Assembly (NCBI GenBank): GCA_964532425.1
Contig: CAZHIA010000008.1
Span: 13,224-77,223 of the forward strand
Direction: 5' to 3'
Length of the DNA stretch: 64,000 nucleotides
Origin: an uncultured Candidatus Saccharibacteria bacterium
GTDB taxonomy: Bacteria; Patescibacteriota; Doudnabacteria; UBA920
Translations under genes and position numbers: made by a program
The notes under the pieces: model-generated
Databases searched by the model: none
Told to the model about the DNA's origin: nothing
What the model saw: the letters and a program-made list of their open reading frames with translations, nothing else
Part shown: positions 18,517 through 28,581 of the stretch, piece by piece
Position numbering within the stretch: position 1 is the first letter of the stretch
How the letters are laid out: each line of letters begins with the position of its first letter

Positions 18517-19533
18517 TCACTTTGCCAGATTCTTCGCTTCTCCTTTGCTAAACGCGACAATATTGTCTACGCTCGTCTGGAGAATTTCCCGCTTGGCTTC
18601 TTTTGAGTAGAATGCGATATGCGGAGTGTAAGCGACTTCGGGCAAGCCAATAAGTACATGGTCTTCAATGAGTGTGCGCATCTCTTCCTGGTGGTCTCCA
18701 TTCTGTACCAGAAGCTTCCATTCGTCCTGCAGCTGGCGTTCGCCTTCAATAACATCGAGTCCGACACCGGCCAGCAGCCCTTCTTTAACCGCATACAGAA
18801 TCGCTTCGGAATCGGCGACCTCGCCACGGCTGGTGTTGATGAGCAGAGAACCTTTTTTGACCAGGGCGATGTTGGTTTTGTTGATGAGATGGTGGGTGTC
18901 CTTGTTATACGGTACATGCAGGGTGATGACATCGGATTTTGCCAGCAGCTCGTCGAGCGTTACGTAGGTAAAACCCAGGCGGGTTGCAGCTTCCTGGTTG
19001 GGGTAGGCATCAAACGCCAGCATAGTCATGTCGAAACCTTTGGCGATTTGGGCGACATTCTGGCCGATGCGGCCGGTGCCCACAATACCGAGGGTCTTGC
19101 CCTGGAGGTTAAATCCTTCAAAACCGGTTATGTCGAAGCCTCGGCCGTCTTTCATTTGGCGGTAGGCGGCAAAGGCTTTGCGCGACAGACCGAGCATAAG
19201 GGTGAACGTGAATTCAGCTACAGTGCGGCTGCCATAGGCTGGGACCGTAGCAACCGGAATGTTCTTGCCGGCTGCGTACGCGATATCGATATGGTCGAAA
19301 CCCGTAGACCTGGTCTCGATGAATTTAAGATTTGGCAGTTTGTCTATGACGTCTTGCTTAACGACCGAACCGATAAAGACCGACACGGCATCCGCGTCCG
19401 CATATTGGGGGGCATTCTCGGGGGTTAATTTTTCTTCCACATAAGTGACCGTGGCTTGCAGCCCCGAAGCGGCCAGGAGTTCGGGAAGCACGGTTTTGTC
19501 TTCCTCATTGCACTCGAAAAAATAGATGTTCAT
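18517..19533 (-). CDS. D-isomer-specific 2-hydroxyacid dehydrogenase (D-lactate dehydrogenase-like)
   Basis: RSTGFDHID, VPAYG..VAE, GIVGTGRIG, LHVP, INTSRG, LDVIEGE, TPHIAFYS. Confidence 0.92.
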   Translation of the reverse strand: MNIYFFECNEEDKTVLPELLAASGLQATVTYVEEKLTPENAPQYADADAVSVFIGSVVKQDVIDKLPNLKFIETRSTGFDHIDIAYAAGKNIPVATVPAYGSRTVAEFTFTLMLGLSRKAFAAYRQMKDGRGFDITGFEGFNLQGKTLGIVGTGRIGQNVAQIAKGFDMTMLAFDAYPNQEAATRLGFTYVTLDELLAKSDVITLHVPYNKDTHHLINKTNIALVKKGSLLINTSRGEVADSEAILYAVKEGLLAGVGLDVIEGERQLQDEWKLLVQNGDHQEEMRTLIEDHVLIGLPEVAYTPHIAFYSKEAKREILQTSVDNIVAFSKGEAKNLAK

Positions 19534-19540
19534 ATTTTAA

Positions 19541-19614
19541 TTGACAAAAATGAACAAAATTGACAAAAATGAACAAAAATTACCGCAGTTCATTTTCGTC
19601 GTTTTTTCATTTTT
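19541..19614. repeat. ~10-mer TTGACAAAAA/TGAACAAAA repeat with partial inverted arm
   Basis: Direct reading; similar array at 35355-35515. Confidence 0.6.
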
Positions 19615-20880
19615 TTAATTTTTTTCATTTATTAATTTCTCTTCTATTCTCATCAGCCGGTTGTACTTGCAGACGCGCTCGCCGCGGGTGGGGCCGACTT
19701 TGATGAGCGGACTGCCAACGGCCGTGGCGACATCGACCAAGAAGGTGTCGTTGGTTTCTCCACCGCCTCGGTGGGAGGGGATAGTGGGGAAATTATGCTG
19801 GGTGGCCAACAGGCAGCAGTCCATGGTCTCGGTGACGGTTCCGGCCTGATTCAGCTTGATCAGGATGGCATTCGCGGCCTTTTCGTCGATGGCTTTCTGC
19901 CAGAGTTTGGTATTCGTGACCGTCAGGTCATCGGCAACGATCTTGACATTCCCTGCAGCGGAGACCAGCACCGGCCAGTGTTCCCAGTCGAATTCGGACA
20001 ATCCGTCTTCCAGGTAGAGGATGGGGTATTTTTTCATCCAGCTGTCGTACTTGGCGATCATCTCTTCCGGGGACAGGACGGCTTGTTCGGTTGCTAGGTC
20101 GTATTTGCCGTCCTTGTAAAATTCCGATGCTGCAGCGTCAATGTAAATGCCTGCATCAACCCCAGGCTGGTAGCCAGCAGCCGTGATGGCTTCCGCCAGC
20201 ATTTCCAGCGGCAGTTCGTTGTTGGCAATGCCTTCCGGTGCAAATGCCCCCTCGTTGCCGACGTTGGTCGAATAACCTCGCGTTTTGAGGATCTTTTTTA
20301 TGCTCTTGTAGCATTCTTCCATGAGCCGGACGTTTTCCACGGTTGATTGATTCTTGACCACGGCGAGGGCATACTCCTGCAGGTCAGTGGAGTTGTCGGC
20401 ATGCTTGCCGCCTTCGATAAAGACGGCCAGGGGCTTTGGGAGGCTGGTGATTGAATAAGCCGGGTTGAATGTGAGCCGTAAGTATTCGTACAATTCGACC
20501 CCGGCGCTTGCTGCGGTAGCGCGGGCGACGGCCATCGATACCCCCAGTATGGCATTGGCGCCAAAGTTCGACTTATTTTCCGTTCCGTCGGCGTCGATCA
20601 TTATTTGGTCGATCACGCGCTGGTCGCCCGCTTCCTGGCCGAGCAGTAGCGGCTTGATCTTGTCGTTAACATGGGACACTGCCTGGAGCATACCTTTGCC
20701 GTTATACCGTTTCTGATCTCCGTCGAGCAGGACAAATGCTTCTTTGCTGCCGGCCGAAGCTCCGTACGAAACCGAGGCTTCGCCCTGGCTGCCGTCATCC
20801 AAAACCGCTGTAACTTCCACGCTCGGTTCGCCTCCGCTCGCTAATATTTCTCGCGCCTGAATATCCTTGATTTTTGCCAT
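19615..20880 (-). CDS. eno: Enolase (divergent)
   Basis: AREILASGGEPSVEV, DGTENKSNFGANAILGVS, GGKHA, DAAASEF, DDLTVTN, IKLNQAGT, SHR, ERVCKYNRL. Confidence 0.95.
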   Translation of the reverse strand: MAKIKDIQAREILASGGEPSVEVTAVLDDGSQGEASVSYGASAGSKEAFVLLDGDQKRYNGKGMLQAVSHVNDKIKPLLLGQEAGDQRVIDQIMIDADGTENKSNFGANAILGVSMAVARATAASAGVELYEYLRLTFNPAYSITSLPKPLAVFIEGGKHADNSTDLQEYALAVVKNQSTVENVRLMEECYKSIKKILKTRGYSTNVGNEGAFAPEGIANNELPLEMLAEAITAAGYQPGVDAGIYIDAAASEFYKDGKYDLATEQAVLSPEEMIAKYDSWMKKYPILYLEDGLSEFDWEHWPVLVSAAGNVKIVADDLTVTNTKLWQKAIDEKAANAILIKLNQAGTVTETMDCCLLATQHNFPTIPSHRGGGETNDTFLVDVATAVGSPLIKVGPTRGERVCKYNRLMRIEEKLINEKN

Positions 20881-21038
20881 AGCTATGAAGATTAATGTCT
20901 ATTCTATTATACCATTAAAAAGACGAATCTTATATAGAAAATCTCCAAAAAAACTGGTATACTTGAAGGGCTTTTATAAGTAATTCATCCGTAGGTATCT
21001 GTAGATTTGTTTTAATCTGTAGATCTGCATAACTTTCC

Positions 21039-22430
21039 ATGAAAAAAACTAAGATTATCTGCACCATCGGCCCCACGTCCGGAACCGTTAAGACTTTGAC
21101 TGATATGGTCGAAGCTGGTATGAATGTGGCACGTTTGAATTTTTCGCACGGCGACTACAGCAGCCATGAGCAGTTCATTCAAAATATCCGCAAGGTTTCC
21201 GAAAAGACAGGTAAGCCTATTGCCATCATTCAGGACCTGCACGGCCCCAAGATTCGGGTTGGGGACATGAAGCAGCCGCTCACGGTCAAGGTCGGGCAGC
21301 GGGTCATTCTGGGTCAGGACGTTCCGGTGGCAAAAGAGATTTTAAAATCGGTCCGTCCCCGGCAGCGCATTCTCATCGAGGACGGGTTGATTGAATTGGA
21401 AGTCGAAAAACTTTCCGGTGACCATGTGCACTGCATTGCCTTGTCTGACGGCAAGATTCAATCGCGCAAAACTATCAACCTGCCGCGTACCAAGCTAAAG
21501 ATCCCGATCTTTACCGATAAGGATATTGAGGACCTAAAGTTCGGATTGAAGCAGGACGTGGACTATGTCGCCCTGTCATTCGTACGCAACCGCTCTGACG
21601 TAGTCAAGCTCAAGAACTATATCAAGAAGTTCAATCCGAAAGGAAATACGCCGCCTAAAATCATCTCCAAAATAGAAAAGCCTGAGGCAGTCAAGAATTT
21701 TGACAGCATTCTGAAAGAGTCCGACGCTATCATGGTGGCGCGTGGCGACCTGGGTGTGGAGATGCCGGAGTCGCAAGTACCGATTATTCAAAAGACCATC
21801 ATTCAGAAGTGTTTGCGCGCAGCCAAACCGGTCATCGTAGCCACCCAGATGCTCGATTCCATGATTCATAACCCGCGTCCGACTCGCGCCGAAGTCTCCG
21901 ACGTGGCTAACGCGGTCATTGACCAGGCTGACTGCGTCATGCTATCGGGGGAGACCGCGTTCGGCCGTTACCCGGTCCGCACGGTCCAGCAGATGGCGCG
22001 CATTATCGAGACCACGGAACATTCCCCGTTCCTGCCCGGCCACCAGCATTTGATCGAAAAGGTAGTATCGCGCACCGATGCCATGGCCGAAAGCATTTAC
22101 GACCTGGCACTGCATAGCAAGGCCCATGTAATTGTCGGTGCGACCATGAGCGGGTTTACCGCCCGCGAGATCGCGCGCGAGCGCCCGCCGTTCACCCGCA
22201 TTATCATGCTGACCCCGAATGCGAAAGTCATGCGGCAGATGGCCATGATGTGGGGCGTGACTCCCTTTATTTCCCCGCTCGTCAAAAAGTACGAAGACCT
22301 GCTGGCCATTATGATCGAGACCGTCAAGAATCACAAGATCGTCAAGAAAGGGGAGCAGCTCATCATTGCCACCGGAGAACCCTTAGGCCAGCGCGAGAAT
22401 TTGAATTTGGTCGAGGTGAAGACCGCGTAG
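21039..22430 (+). CDS. pyk: Pyruvate kinase
   Basis: KTKIICTIGP, RLNFSHG, SKIEK, MVARGDLGVE, ATQMLDSM, MLSGETA. Confidence 0.97.
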   Translation: MKKTKIICTIGPTSGTVKTLTDMVEAGMNVARLNFSHGDYSSHEQFIQNIRKVSEKTGKPIAIIQDLHGPKIRVGDMKQPLTVKVGQRVILGQDVPVAKEILKSVRPRQRILIEDGLIELEVEKLSGDHVHCIALSDGKIQSRKTINLPRTKLKIPIFTDKDIEDLKFGLKQDVDYVALSFVRNRSDVVKLKNYIKKFNPKGNTPPKIISKIEKPEAVKNFDSILKESDAIMVARGDLGVEMPESQVPIIQKTIIQKCLRAAKPVIVATQMLDSMIHNPRPTRAEVSDVANAVIDQADCVMLSGETAFGRYPVRTVQQMARIIETTEHSPFLPGHQHLIEKVVSRTDAMAESIYDLALHSKAHVIVGATMSGFTAREIARERPPFTRIIMLTPNAKVMRQMAMMWGVTPFISPLVKKYEDLLAIMIETVKNHKIVKKGEQLIIATGEPLGQRENLNLVEVKTA

Positions 22431-22520
22431 GAGATAAAAAGATTTAAAAATAGAAAAATAAAAGATTGCAAACCAAATGCCGCTACTTTCGTAGCGGCAT
22501 TTTGATTGTTGCAATGTATA

Positions 22521-22640
22521 AGCCATATAAAAGACCTATAGGACTTATCGGACCTATTCGCCTCATTTATCCTATTAATCCTATTTGTCCCATCTGCCTT
22601 ATTCGACTCATTTGTCCCATTAGACCCTTTTAGCCTTATT
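22521..22640. repeat. Degenerate 9-mer tandem array
   Basis: GACCTATAG/GACTTATCG/GACCTATTC/GTCCCAT... periodicity. Confidence 0.65.
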
Positions 22641-22666
22641 TTTCGAAGAAAATTACTAAACCGCTC

Positions 22667-22695
22667 TTGACATTCAGTTTGATTTATTGTATTAT
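22667..22695 (+). promoter_or_regulatory. Sigma70 promoter
   Basis: TTGACA-17 nt-TATTAT, followed by a ~280 nt hairpin-rich leader. Confidence 0.55.
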
Positions 22696-22981
22696 TGATT
22701 GTTTCCTAGAAAGAAACCCTCGCGTCCCGAAGGTATCGGGCATTTGTTCTTGCAAAGACAAAGAACACACTCCGGTGTGTCGGCAAGAGGAGGAATACTT
22801 TTACTGCTTTCCTCTCCCCAAGCGTGGGGAGAGTGTCCCGAGTTCATCGAGGGACGAGAGAGGTTGTCGATAGCACGATGGCCTATCTTTAAAGCCCGAA
22901 GATCCTCCAGGCTTGCCCACAGCGCCACCCATTCGACTGTCCGCCCAAGGCCGACAGTGTTTCGGTTAAAAGGAGAAGAAG

Positions 22982-23830
22982 ATGTCTGAAAACAGAGATG
23001 TGAGATTAAGTGAACAGCTGGAGAAGATGACCGCAGTGAAGCGGGGAGGCTTTACGGCGGTTAACTATGTGATGATTTGGGTCTCCATGATCTGGCTCAC
23101 ATACAAGCTGGTAGCAGTTCCTCAGGACCGTGTGTACACTGGCATCAGAATTGCAGCTTTCGCCGTTGTGGCACTGCTATTCGGGTTGCATGGCAAGTTC
23201 GGTTTTACCTGGAAGCGATACCTGCGTTGTAACGTGCGCGGCTATTCCATATATTTTTGGATCACTCGATCCGAGAATGGGCTCGAATATGCCATGAGCT
23301 GTCCAGACCAGGTGTCGTCCCGTGGGTTCATTTGGAAGTATCCGCTCGGCGGCTGGTTCAATCGCGGACCACAGCTGCTCGAGTGGCGGTCGGACGCTTA
23401 CTGCGTGTATGGTCTCCATAAGGCCAAGACCGACTGGCGGCTGATTCATCCGAAGTCAAGCGCTGTCCCGGTCCAGTATGGCAAGCCAGAGGTGATCAAG
23501 GTCTTGCTTGGGACCAAAGACGGCACCATGGCATTAATGTGGCTGCCGGATGCGCTGCGCTGGATGGCTGACAATCCGTCTGGAGACTTCGACAACTTGT
23601 TCGAGAGTTGGAAGGTAAACTGCCAGAGCCGCGAATTCTTGCAGCAGCTCATAGAAGGCGTGCTTGCTCAAATCGAGGATACCACGAGGTTCCGAATGAC
23701 CAAGGAGGCCGGTGAGCTGGTGCAGTTTATAGACGGGAAACTGCGGGACGTCTTCCCCGAGTACCGTGCTCGGCGCGAGCGGGAAGAGGCGCTCCGGCCA
23801 AGAACCGGCGGGCATGGCATAAAAGCATAA
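22982..23830 (+). CDS. Hypothetical membrane protein (2 N-terminal TM segments)
   Basis: 282 aa ORF, SD AAGGAG, two hydrophobic stretches; no family recognised. Confidence 0.7.
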   Translation: MSENRDVRLSEQLEKMTAVKRGGFTAVNYVMIWVSMIWLTYKLVAVPQDRVYTGIRIAAFAVVALLFGLHGKFGFTWKRYLRCNVRGYSIYFWITRSENGLEYAMSCPDQVSSRGFIWKYPLGGWFNRGPQLLEWRSDAYCVYGLHKAKTDWRLIHPKSSAVPVQYGKPEVIKVLLGTKDGTMALMWLPDALRWMADNPSGDFDNLFESWKVNCQSREFLQQLIEGVLAQIEDTTRFRMTKEAGELVQFIDGKLRDVFPEYRARREREEALRPRTGGHGIKA

Positions 23831-23956
23831 ATAAGAGTCGTGAGGGTTACCCCTCCTGACATTTCCGCACCGCGTCCGCAAGGATGCCGGTGCGGATTTT
23901 TGTTTGCATCAGCTTCGGCTTTGGGGTATACTACTATTTCGTAAAGGAGGTCAGTC

Positions 23957-24559
23957 ATGGTTGCAGCTTTGGCAGAAGTCTCGTGTGCTGTTGCGCGGTA
24001 CGTGCGTGACAAGAAGTTTTCAGCTCTTGTCATCAGCGGCGGCAGCCACCTGCTGTCCGAGCATTTACTGGTCTGTGGCTGGCGCAAGCTGTATGGCACC
24101 GTTCCCTTGCCGAGGATATTCGTCATCTCACGGACGGTCAACCATCTCATGTACAAGCCAGTCAGGGAAATTCCACTGTACCTGGAATACGTTACGCGGT
24201 GGATGCATAATTATCTCCCTGACCTGGAGAACTTGAAGGATGGTTCCCTGTGCTGCGTGGATGACTATGCCATCAGTGGCCTCAAGTGTACGGGGCTTGC
24301 GAAGGCTTTTTCCGCCCTCGGATTTTCCTGTGTCGAATTTGCCGTGTTTGCGGCATCCGACAGGGCCGAGCTGCCACCGGGAACATTTGTCGCCCGGACG
24401 GATGACGAGCTGGCCAAGGAGTTGTACGAGCTGTCTATGCTCATCCAGGGGGAGCCGACTTGCTATGACTTGTTGGAGCGGAAGCAGGAGTCTCCTGCTG
24501 AACGGCGCCGGCGAGCGCACTGTGTTCTCGATGCGGTAGCATCGGAGTTGGGCGCGTAG
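23957..24559 (+). CDS. Hypothetical protein, possible phosphoribosyltransferase fold
   Basis: CCVDDYAISGLK resembles the PRPP-binding loop; SD AAGGAGG; TTGCAT-17-TATACT promoter. Confidence 0.55.
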   Translation: MVAALAEVSCAVARYVRDKKFSALVISGGSHLLSEHLLVCGWRKLYGTVPLPRIFVISRTVNHLMYKPVREIPLYLEYVTRWMHNYLPDLENLKDGSLCCVDDYAISGLKCTGLAKAFSALGFSCVEFAVFAASDRAELPPGTFVARTDDELAKELYELSMLIQGEPTCYDLLERKQESPAERRRRAHCVLDAVASELGA

Positions 24560-24615
24560 GAAACTGCGCGCCTTTTATTGTGGTCAAAGGGGATGTGAGA
24601 TTATACCTAGAAAAT

Positions 24616-24644
24616 TTGATCTGATTTAATTTTTATGGTATAAT
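24616..24644 (+). promoter_or_regulatory. Sigma70 promoter of ppsA
   Basis: TTGATC-17 nt-TATAAT with extended TG. Confidence 0.7.
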
Positions 24645-24692
24645 TACCTTACAGTTTTTCCACCTGACATCCAAACACAACTAAAAAATTAA

Positions 24693-24793
24693 CCGTCATT
24701 CAAGATTCTTTGAAAGCTCTGCGGTAAACTGCGTGGAGCGATCCCTTGAAGTTTTTTGTTGAAGGGATTCCTCGACGGAGCCTGCCCAAGGCT
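24693..24793 (+). promoter_or_regulatory. Candidate structured 5' leader (4-way junction)
   Basis: CCGTC/GACGG closes three hairpins; AGCCT/AGGCT hairpin follows. Confidence 0.45.
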
Positions 24794-24829
24794 ACAACGA
24801 AACTTGAAGACAAAAGAAATAAAAGTTGT

Positions 24830-27295
24830 ATGACAACACAAAAAGAACACTCGTACACTCTTTGGTTCGATGAGATCACCAAAGAGGATATTCCCTATGT
24901 CGGCGGTAAGAATGCCAACTTGGGGGAAATGTACCAAAAGTTAACCAAGACGCCGAGTGATATCTTCAAAGGCGAGAAGATCTCGGTGCCGTACGGGTTT
25001 GCGGTCACAGCTAATGCCTATCGCTACTTTATCCGCGCCAACCAGCTGGATGTGAAGATTAAGGAAATCCTCAAAGGCCTGGACACCGGCAATATCAAAC
25101 AGCTCGAAGAAAAAGGCCAGCAAGTGCGCCAGGCTATTTTGTCTGCTACTTTCCCTCAGGATCTGGAACGCGCCATCAAGCAGGGGTATGAGCAGATGGC
25201 CAAGAAACTAAAAATCCCGCTGGCTGACCTGGATGTGGCAGTGAGATCGTCCGCGACCGCCGAAGACCTGCCGAATGCCAGCTTTGCCGGCCAGCAGGAA
25301 TCCTATTTGAATATCAAAGGCGACTATCAGCTGCTCGAAGCCATCAAGAAATGTATTGCTTCCCTGTTTACCAACCGCGCCATTTCCTACCGCGTTGACC
25401 AGAAGTTCGATCATTTCAAGATTGCACTGTCAGTGGCTGTCCAGAAGATGGTCCGGTCCGACCGGGGAGCGAGCGGGGTCATGTTCACGCTGGACACCGA
25501 TTCCGGCTTCCGCGAAGTTGTGCTTATTAACGCGGCCTACGGTCTCGGCGAATACGTGGTCAAGGGTGTGGTCACGCCGGACGAGTATATGGTCTTTAAG
25601 CCGACCCTGAAGCAGGGATTTAAATCCATCATTTCCAAACAGCTTGGCAGCAAGGAAAAGAAGCTCATCTATGCCAGCGAAGGCATTAACCCCACCAAAG
25701 AAGTACCGGTGCCGGAGCATGAGCGCCACCAGTTTGTGTTGTCCGATGAACAGATCCTTCAGCTGTCCCGCTGGGGTGTGATGATTGAAGAGCACTACGG
25801 CCGGCCTATGGATATTGAGTGGGCATACGATGCTCAAACCAAACAGCTCAACATAGTCCAGGCCCGTCCGGAGACCGTCCAGGCCAGGAAAGATAGTAAT
25901 GTTCTGGAAGAATTCGTAATGGTAGAAAAAGGCGGCAAGGTTTTAACGCATGGTGCGGCTGTAGGAGCCAAAATCGGCCAAGGTAAAGCCCATTACATTA
26001 AAGATGCTTCTCAGATTAGTGAGTTCAAGCAGGGTGAAGTATTGGTCACGGAAATTACGGACCCAGACTGGGAGCCTATTATGAAAATGGCTTCAGCCAT
26101 CGTGACCAACAGCGGCGGCAGAACCAGCCACGCGGCCATTGTTTCGCGCGAGCTCGGCATTCCGGCCGTGGTCGGCTGCGGCAATGCCACCAAAGCGGTG
26201 CCGACCGGTACGCCGGTGACGGTCTGCTGCGCCGAAGGCGAGACCGGTAAGGTCTATGAAGGACTGCTCAAATTCACCATCAACCGGACCGACCTCAAAG
26301 ACTTCAAACAGCCTAAGACCCAGGTTAAGATGATTGTGGCCGACCCTGAATTGGTCTTCGGTTACTCCTTTATTCCGAACCGGGGCGTCGGGCTGGCTCG
26401 CGAAGAGTTCATTATTTCCAACTACATCAAAGTCCACCCGAACGCGCTGTTGTACTTTGACCAGCTGGAAGATCCGGCAGTCAAAAAGCAGATTGAAGAA
26501 ATTACAGTTGGGTACGACAACAAGCTGGACTTTTATGTGCACAAGCTGGCTTATGGAATCGGCATTCTGGCTTCGGCCTTCTATCCGTATGAAGTCATTT
26601 TGCGCTTCTCCGATTTTAAGACCAATGAGTATGCCAGTTTGATCGGTGGACACCAGTTCGAACCCAAGGAAGAGAACCCCATGATCGGCTGGCGCGGGGC
26701 GAGCCGCTACTATGATCCGAATTTCTCACCTGCGTTTGCCCTGGAGTGCCAGGCGGTCAAGAAAGTTCGCGAAGAGATGGGGCTCTATAACTTAAAGACA
26801 ATGATCCCGTTCTGCCGCACGCCGGAAGAAGGACAGAAGGTGCTGGACGAGATGGCCAAGAATGGTTTGAAGCGCGTCAAAGGCCAGGGCAAGGCTGATA
26901 AGAACGGCATCAAGAAAGAACTGGAGGTCTGGGTTATGGCCGAAATCCCATCCAACATTCTGCAGGTCGAAGACTTCGCTGCGCTGTTTGATGGTTTCTC
27001 CATCGGTTCAAACGATCTGACCCAGCTGACGCTGGGACTTGACCGTGACAGTAAGATTGTGGCCCACATTGGCAACGAAAAGAACAAGTCAGTCCTGACG
27101 CTCATCCATAACCTCATCCAAAAAGCCCACAAGGCAGGTCTCAAGGTCGGCATCTGCGGCCAGGGACCGTCCGACTTCCCGGACCTTGCCGAGTTTCTGG
27201 TCCGCGAAGGGATTGATTCCATTTCGTTGCAGCCTGACACGGTCTTAAAGACTACTCTGCGGATTAAGGCTATGGAAGACAAACTCAAACACTGA
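24830..27295 (+). CDS. ppsA: Phosphoenolpyruvate synthase (pyruvate, water dikinase)
   Basis: VGGKNANLGEM, VAVRSSATAEDLPNASFAGQQ, GGRTSHAAIVSRELG, GFSIGSNDLTQ. Confidence 0.97.
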   Translation: MTTQKEHSYTLWFDEITKEDIPYVGGKNANLGEMYQKLTKTPSDIFKGEKISVPYGFAVTANAYRYFIRANQLDVKIKEILKGLDTGNIKQLEEKGQQVRQAILSATFPQDLERAIKQGYEQMAKKLKIPLADLDVAVRSSATAEDLPNASFAGQQESYLNIKGDYQLLEAIKKCIASLFTNRAISYRVDQKFDHFKIALSVAVQKMVRSDRGASGVMFTLDTDSGFREVVLINAAYGLGEYVVKGVVTPDEYMVFKPTLKQGFKSIISKQLGSKEKKLIYASEGINPTKEVPVPEHERHQFVLSDEQILQLSRWGVMIEEHYGRPMDIEWAYDAQTKQLNIVQARPETVQARKDSNVLEEFVMVEKGGKVLTHGAAVGAKIGQGKAHYIKDASQISEFKQGEVLVTEITDPDWEPIMKMASAIVTNSGGRTSHAAIVSRELGIPAVVGCGNATKAVPTGTPVTVCCAEGETGKVYEGLLKFTINRTDLKDFKQPKTQVKMIVADPELVFGYSFIPNRGVGLAREEFIISNYIKVHPNALLYFDQLEDPAVKKQIEEITVGYDNKLDFYVHKLAYGIGILASAFYPYEVILRFSDFKTNEYASLIGGHQFEPKEENPMIGWRGASRYYDPNFSPAFALECQAVKKVREEMGLYNLKTMIPFCRTPEEGQKVLDEMAKNGLKRVKGQGKADKNGIKKELEVWVMAEIPSNILQVEDFAALFDGFSIGSNDLTQLTLGLDRDSKIVAHIGNEKNKSVLTLIHNLIQKAHKAGLKVGICGQGPSDFPDLAEFLVREGIDSISLQPDTVLKTTLRIKAMEDKLKH

Positions 27296-27397
27296 TTGAT
27301 CACTGATGAACACTGCTTGAAACAGATTAACACAGATTAAAACCCCCGGCAGATGCCGGGGGTTTTAATATCCGAAGTTCTTTTCGGAATGACTAGC

Positions 27398-28540
27398 TTA
27401 ATGTGCGGTCTGTTCCACCTGAGAAGCAACCGATACCGGCAAGTCTTGTTCTTTTTTTATGATCACGTATTTATTTTCCGGAAATTCGAAATTGCCCCAG
27501 CCGTACTTGTCGGGATCAAAACCGTTACCGCAAGCAGTTTCGATAAGTGCGGTGCAAATTTGGTACGGGTCTAAGTTGGCCGCTGGTCTGCGATCCTCGA
27601 GATAGCCGCGGCCTTTGTTCGCCGTGTCCATGGGGATGCGGATAGAAGCGCCGCGGTCGCTGACGCCGTAGCGGAAATCAAAAATGCTGCAGGTCTCATG
27701 CTTGCCGGTCAGGCGCTTGTCATTGTCCGCTCCGTACACGCGAATATGCTGCTTATGTAATTTGCCGAGCCGTTCGCATGTTTGCTTAATGTATTCGAGT
27801 CCGCCTTCCTCACGCATCTTGCGCGTGGAGAAGTTTGTGTGTCCGCCTGCTCCGTTCCAGTCGCCGCTCATAGGCTTAGGGTCAAGTTTTGCATAGGCAT
27901 TGTAGTCTTCACCCAGGCGGTAGAGGAGCCAGCGCGCCAGCCAGAGCTGGTCGGAAACTTCCAGGGGTGGCAGAGCGCCGATCTGGAATTCCCACTGGGC
28001 AGGCATAACTTCCGCATTAATGCCGGACAAAGCCAGGCCTGCTTCCAGACAAGCTCTGGCATGGGCTTCGACGAGCGGTCTTCCGTGGACTTCGTCGTAA
28101 CCGACTCCGCAATAATAGCGTCCTTGCGGGTGAGGAAATCCTTTTTCAGGCCAGCCAAGCGGCCAATCTTTGTCATAGAGCGTGTATTCCTGTTCGATGC
28201 CAAACAGCGATTCGTGGTCTTGGTAGGCTTCCGTTACCTTGGCCAATACATGGCGCGTGTTGCTCGGATGGGGCGTACCGTCCGCATTCATGACTTCACA
28301 CAGTACAAGGATGTTTTCACCGCCAGCTATGGGATCATTGGTAAAACAGGCGGGTTGCAACCTGCAGTCGGAGAAATGCCCTTCGGCCTGCTCAGTGGAA
28401 GAGCCATCAAAGCCCCACTGGGGGATGTCCTGCAATTTTCTGACCGGTCCGTCGATGATTTTTGTTTTTGACCGCAGCTTGGCGGTGGGCTTGCGCCCGT
28501 CTATCCAGATATACTCAGCCATGATTTTATGGTTGGACAT
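27398..28540 (-). CDS. glnII: Glutamine synthetase type II
   Basis: AEYIWIDG, LRSKT, WGFDGSST, FGIEQEY, INAEVMPAQWEFQIG, DWNGAGGHTNFST, RLTGKHET, GYLEDRRPAAN. Confidence 0.93.
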   Translation of the reverse strand: MSNHKIMAEYIWIDGRKPTAKLRSKTKIIDGPVRKLQDIPQWGFDGSSTEQAEGHFSDCRLQPACFTNDPIAGGENILVLCEVMNADGTPHPSNTRHVLAKVTEAYQDHESLFGIEQEYTLYDKDWPLGWPEKGFPHPQGRYYCGVGYDEVHGRPLVEAHARACLEAGLALSGINAEVMPAQWEFQIGALPPLEVSDQLWLARWLLYRLGEDYNAYAKLDPKPMSGDWNGAGGHTNFSTRKMREEGGLEYIKQTCERLGKLHKQHIRVYGADNDKRLTGKHETCSIFDFRYGVSDRGASIRIPMDTANKGRGYLEDRRPAANLDPYQICTALIETACGNGFDPDKYGWGNFEFPENKYVIIKKEQDLPVSVASQVEQTAH

Positions 28541-28581
28541 ATATATGGGGCTCCTTTCTAAATTAATAGTGATTTTAAATT

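Noticed and set aside
22521-22640. CRISPR array (also considered for 8953-9049 and 52953-53035)
   Set aside because: Units are 7-10 nt and degenerate, with no unique spacers and no cas genes.
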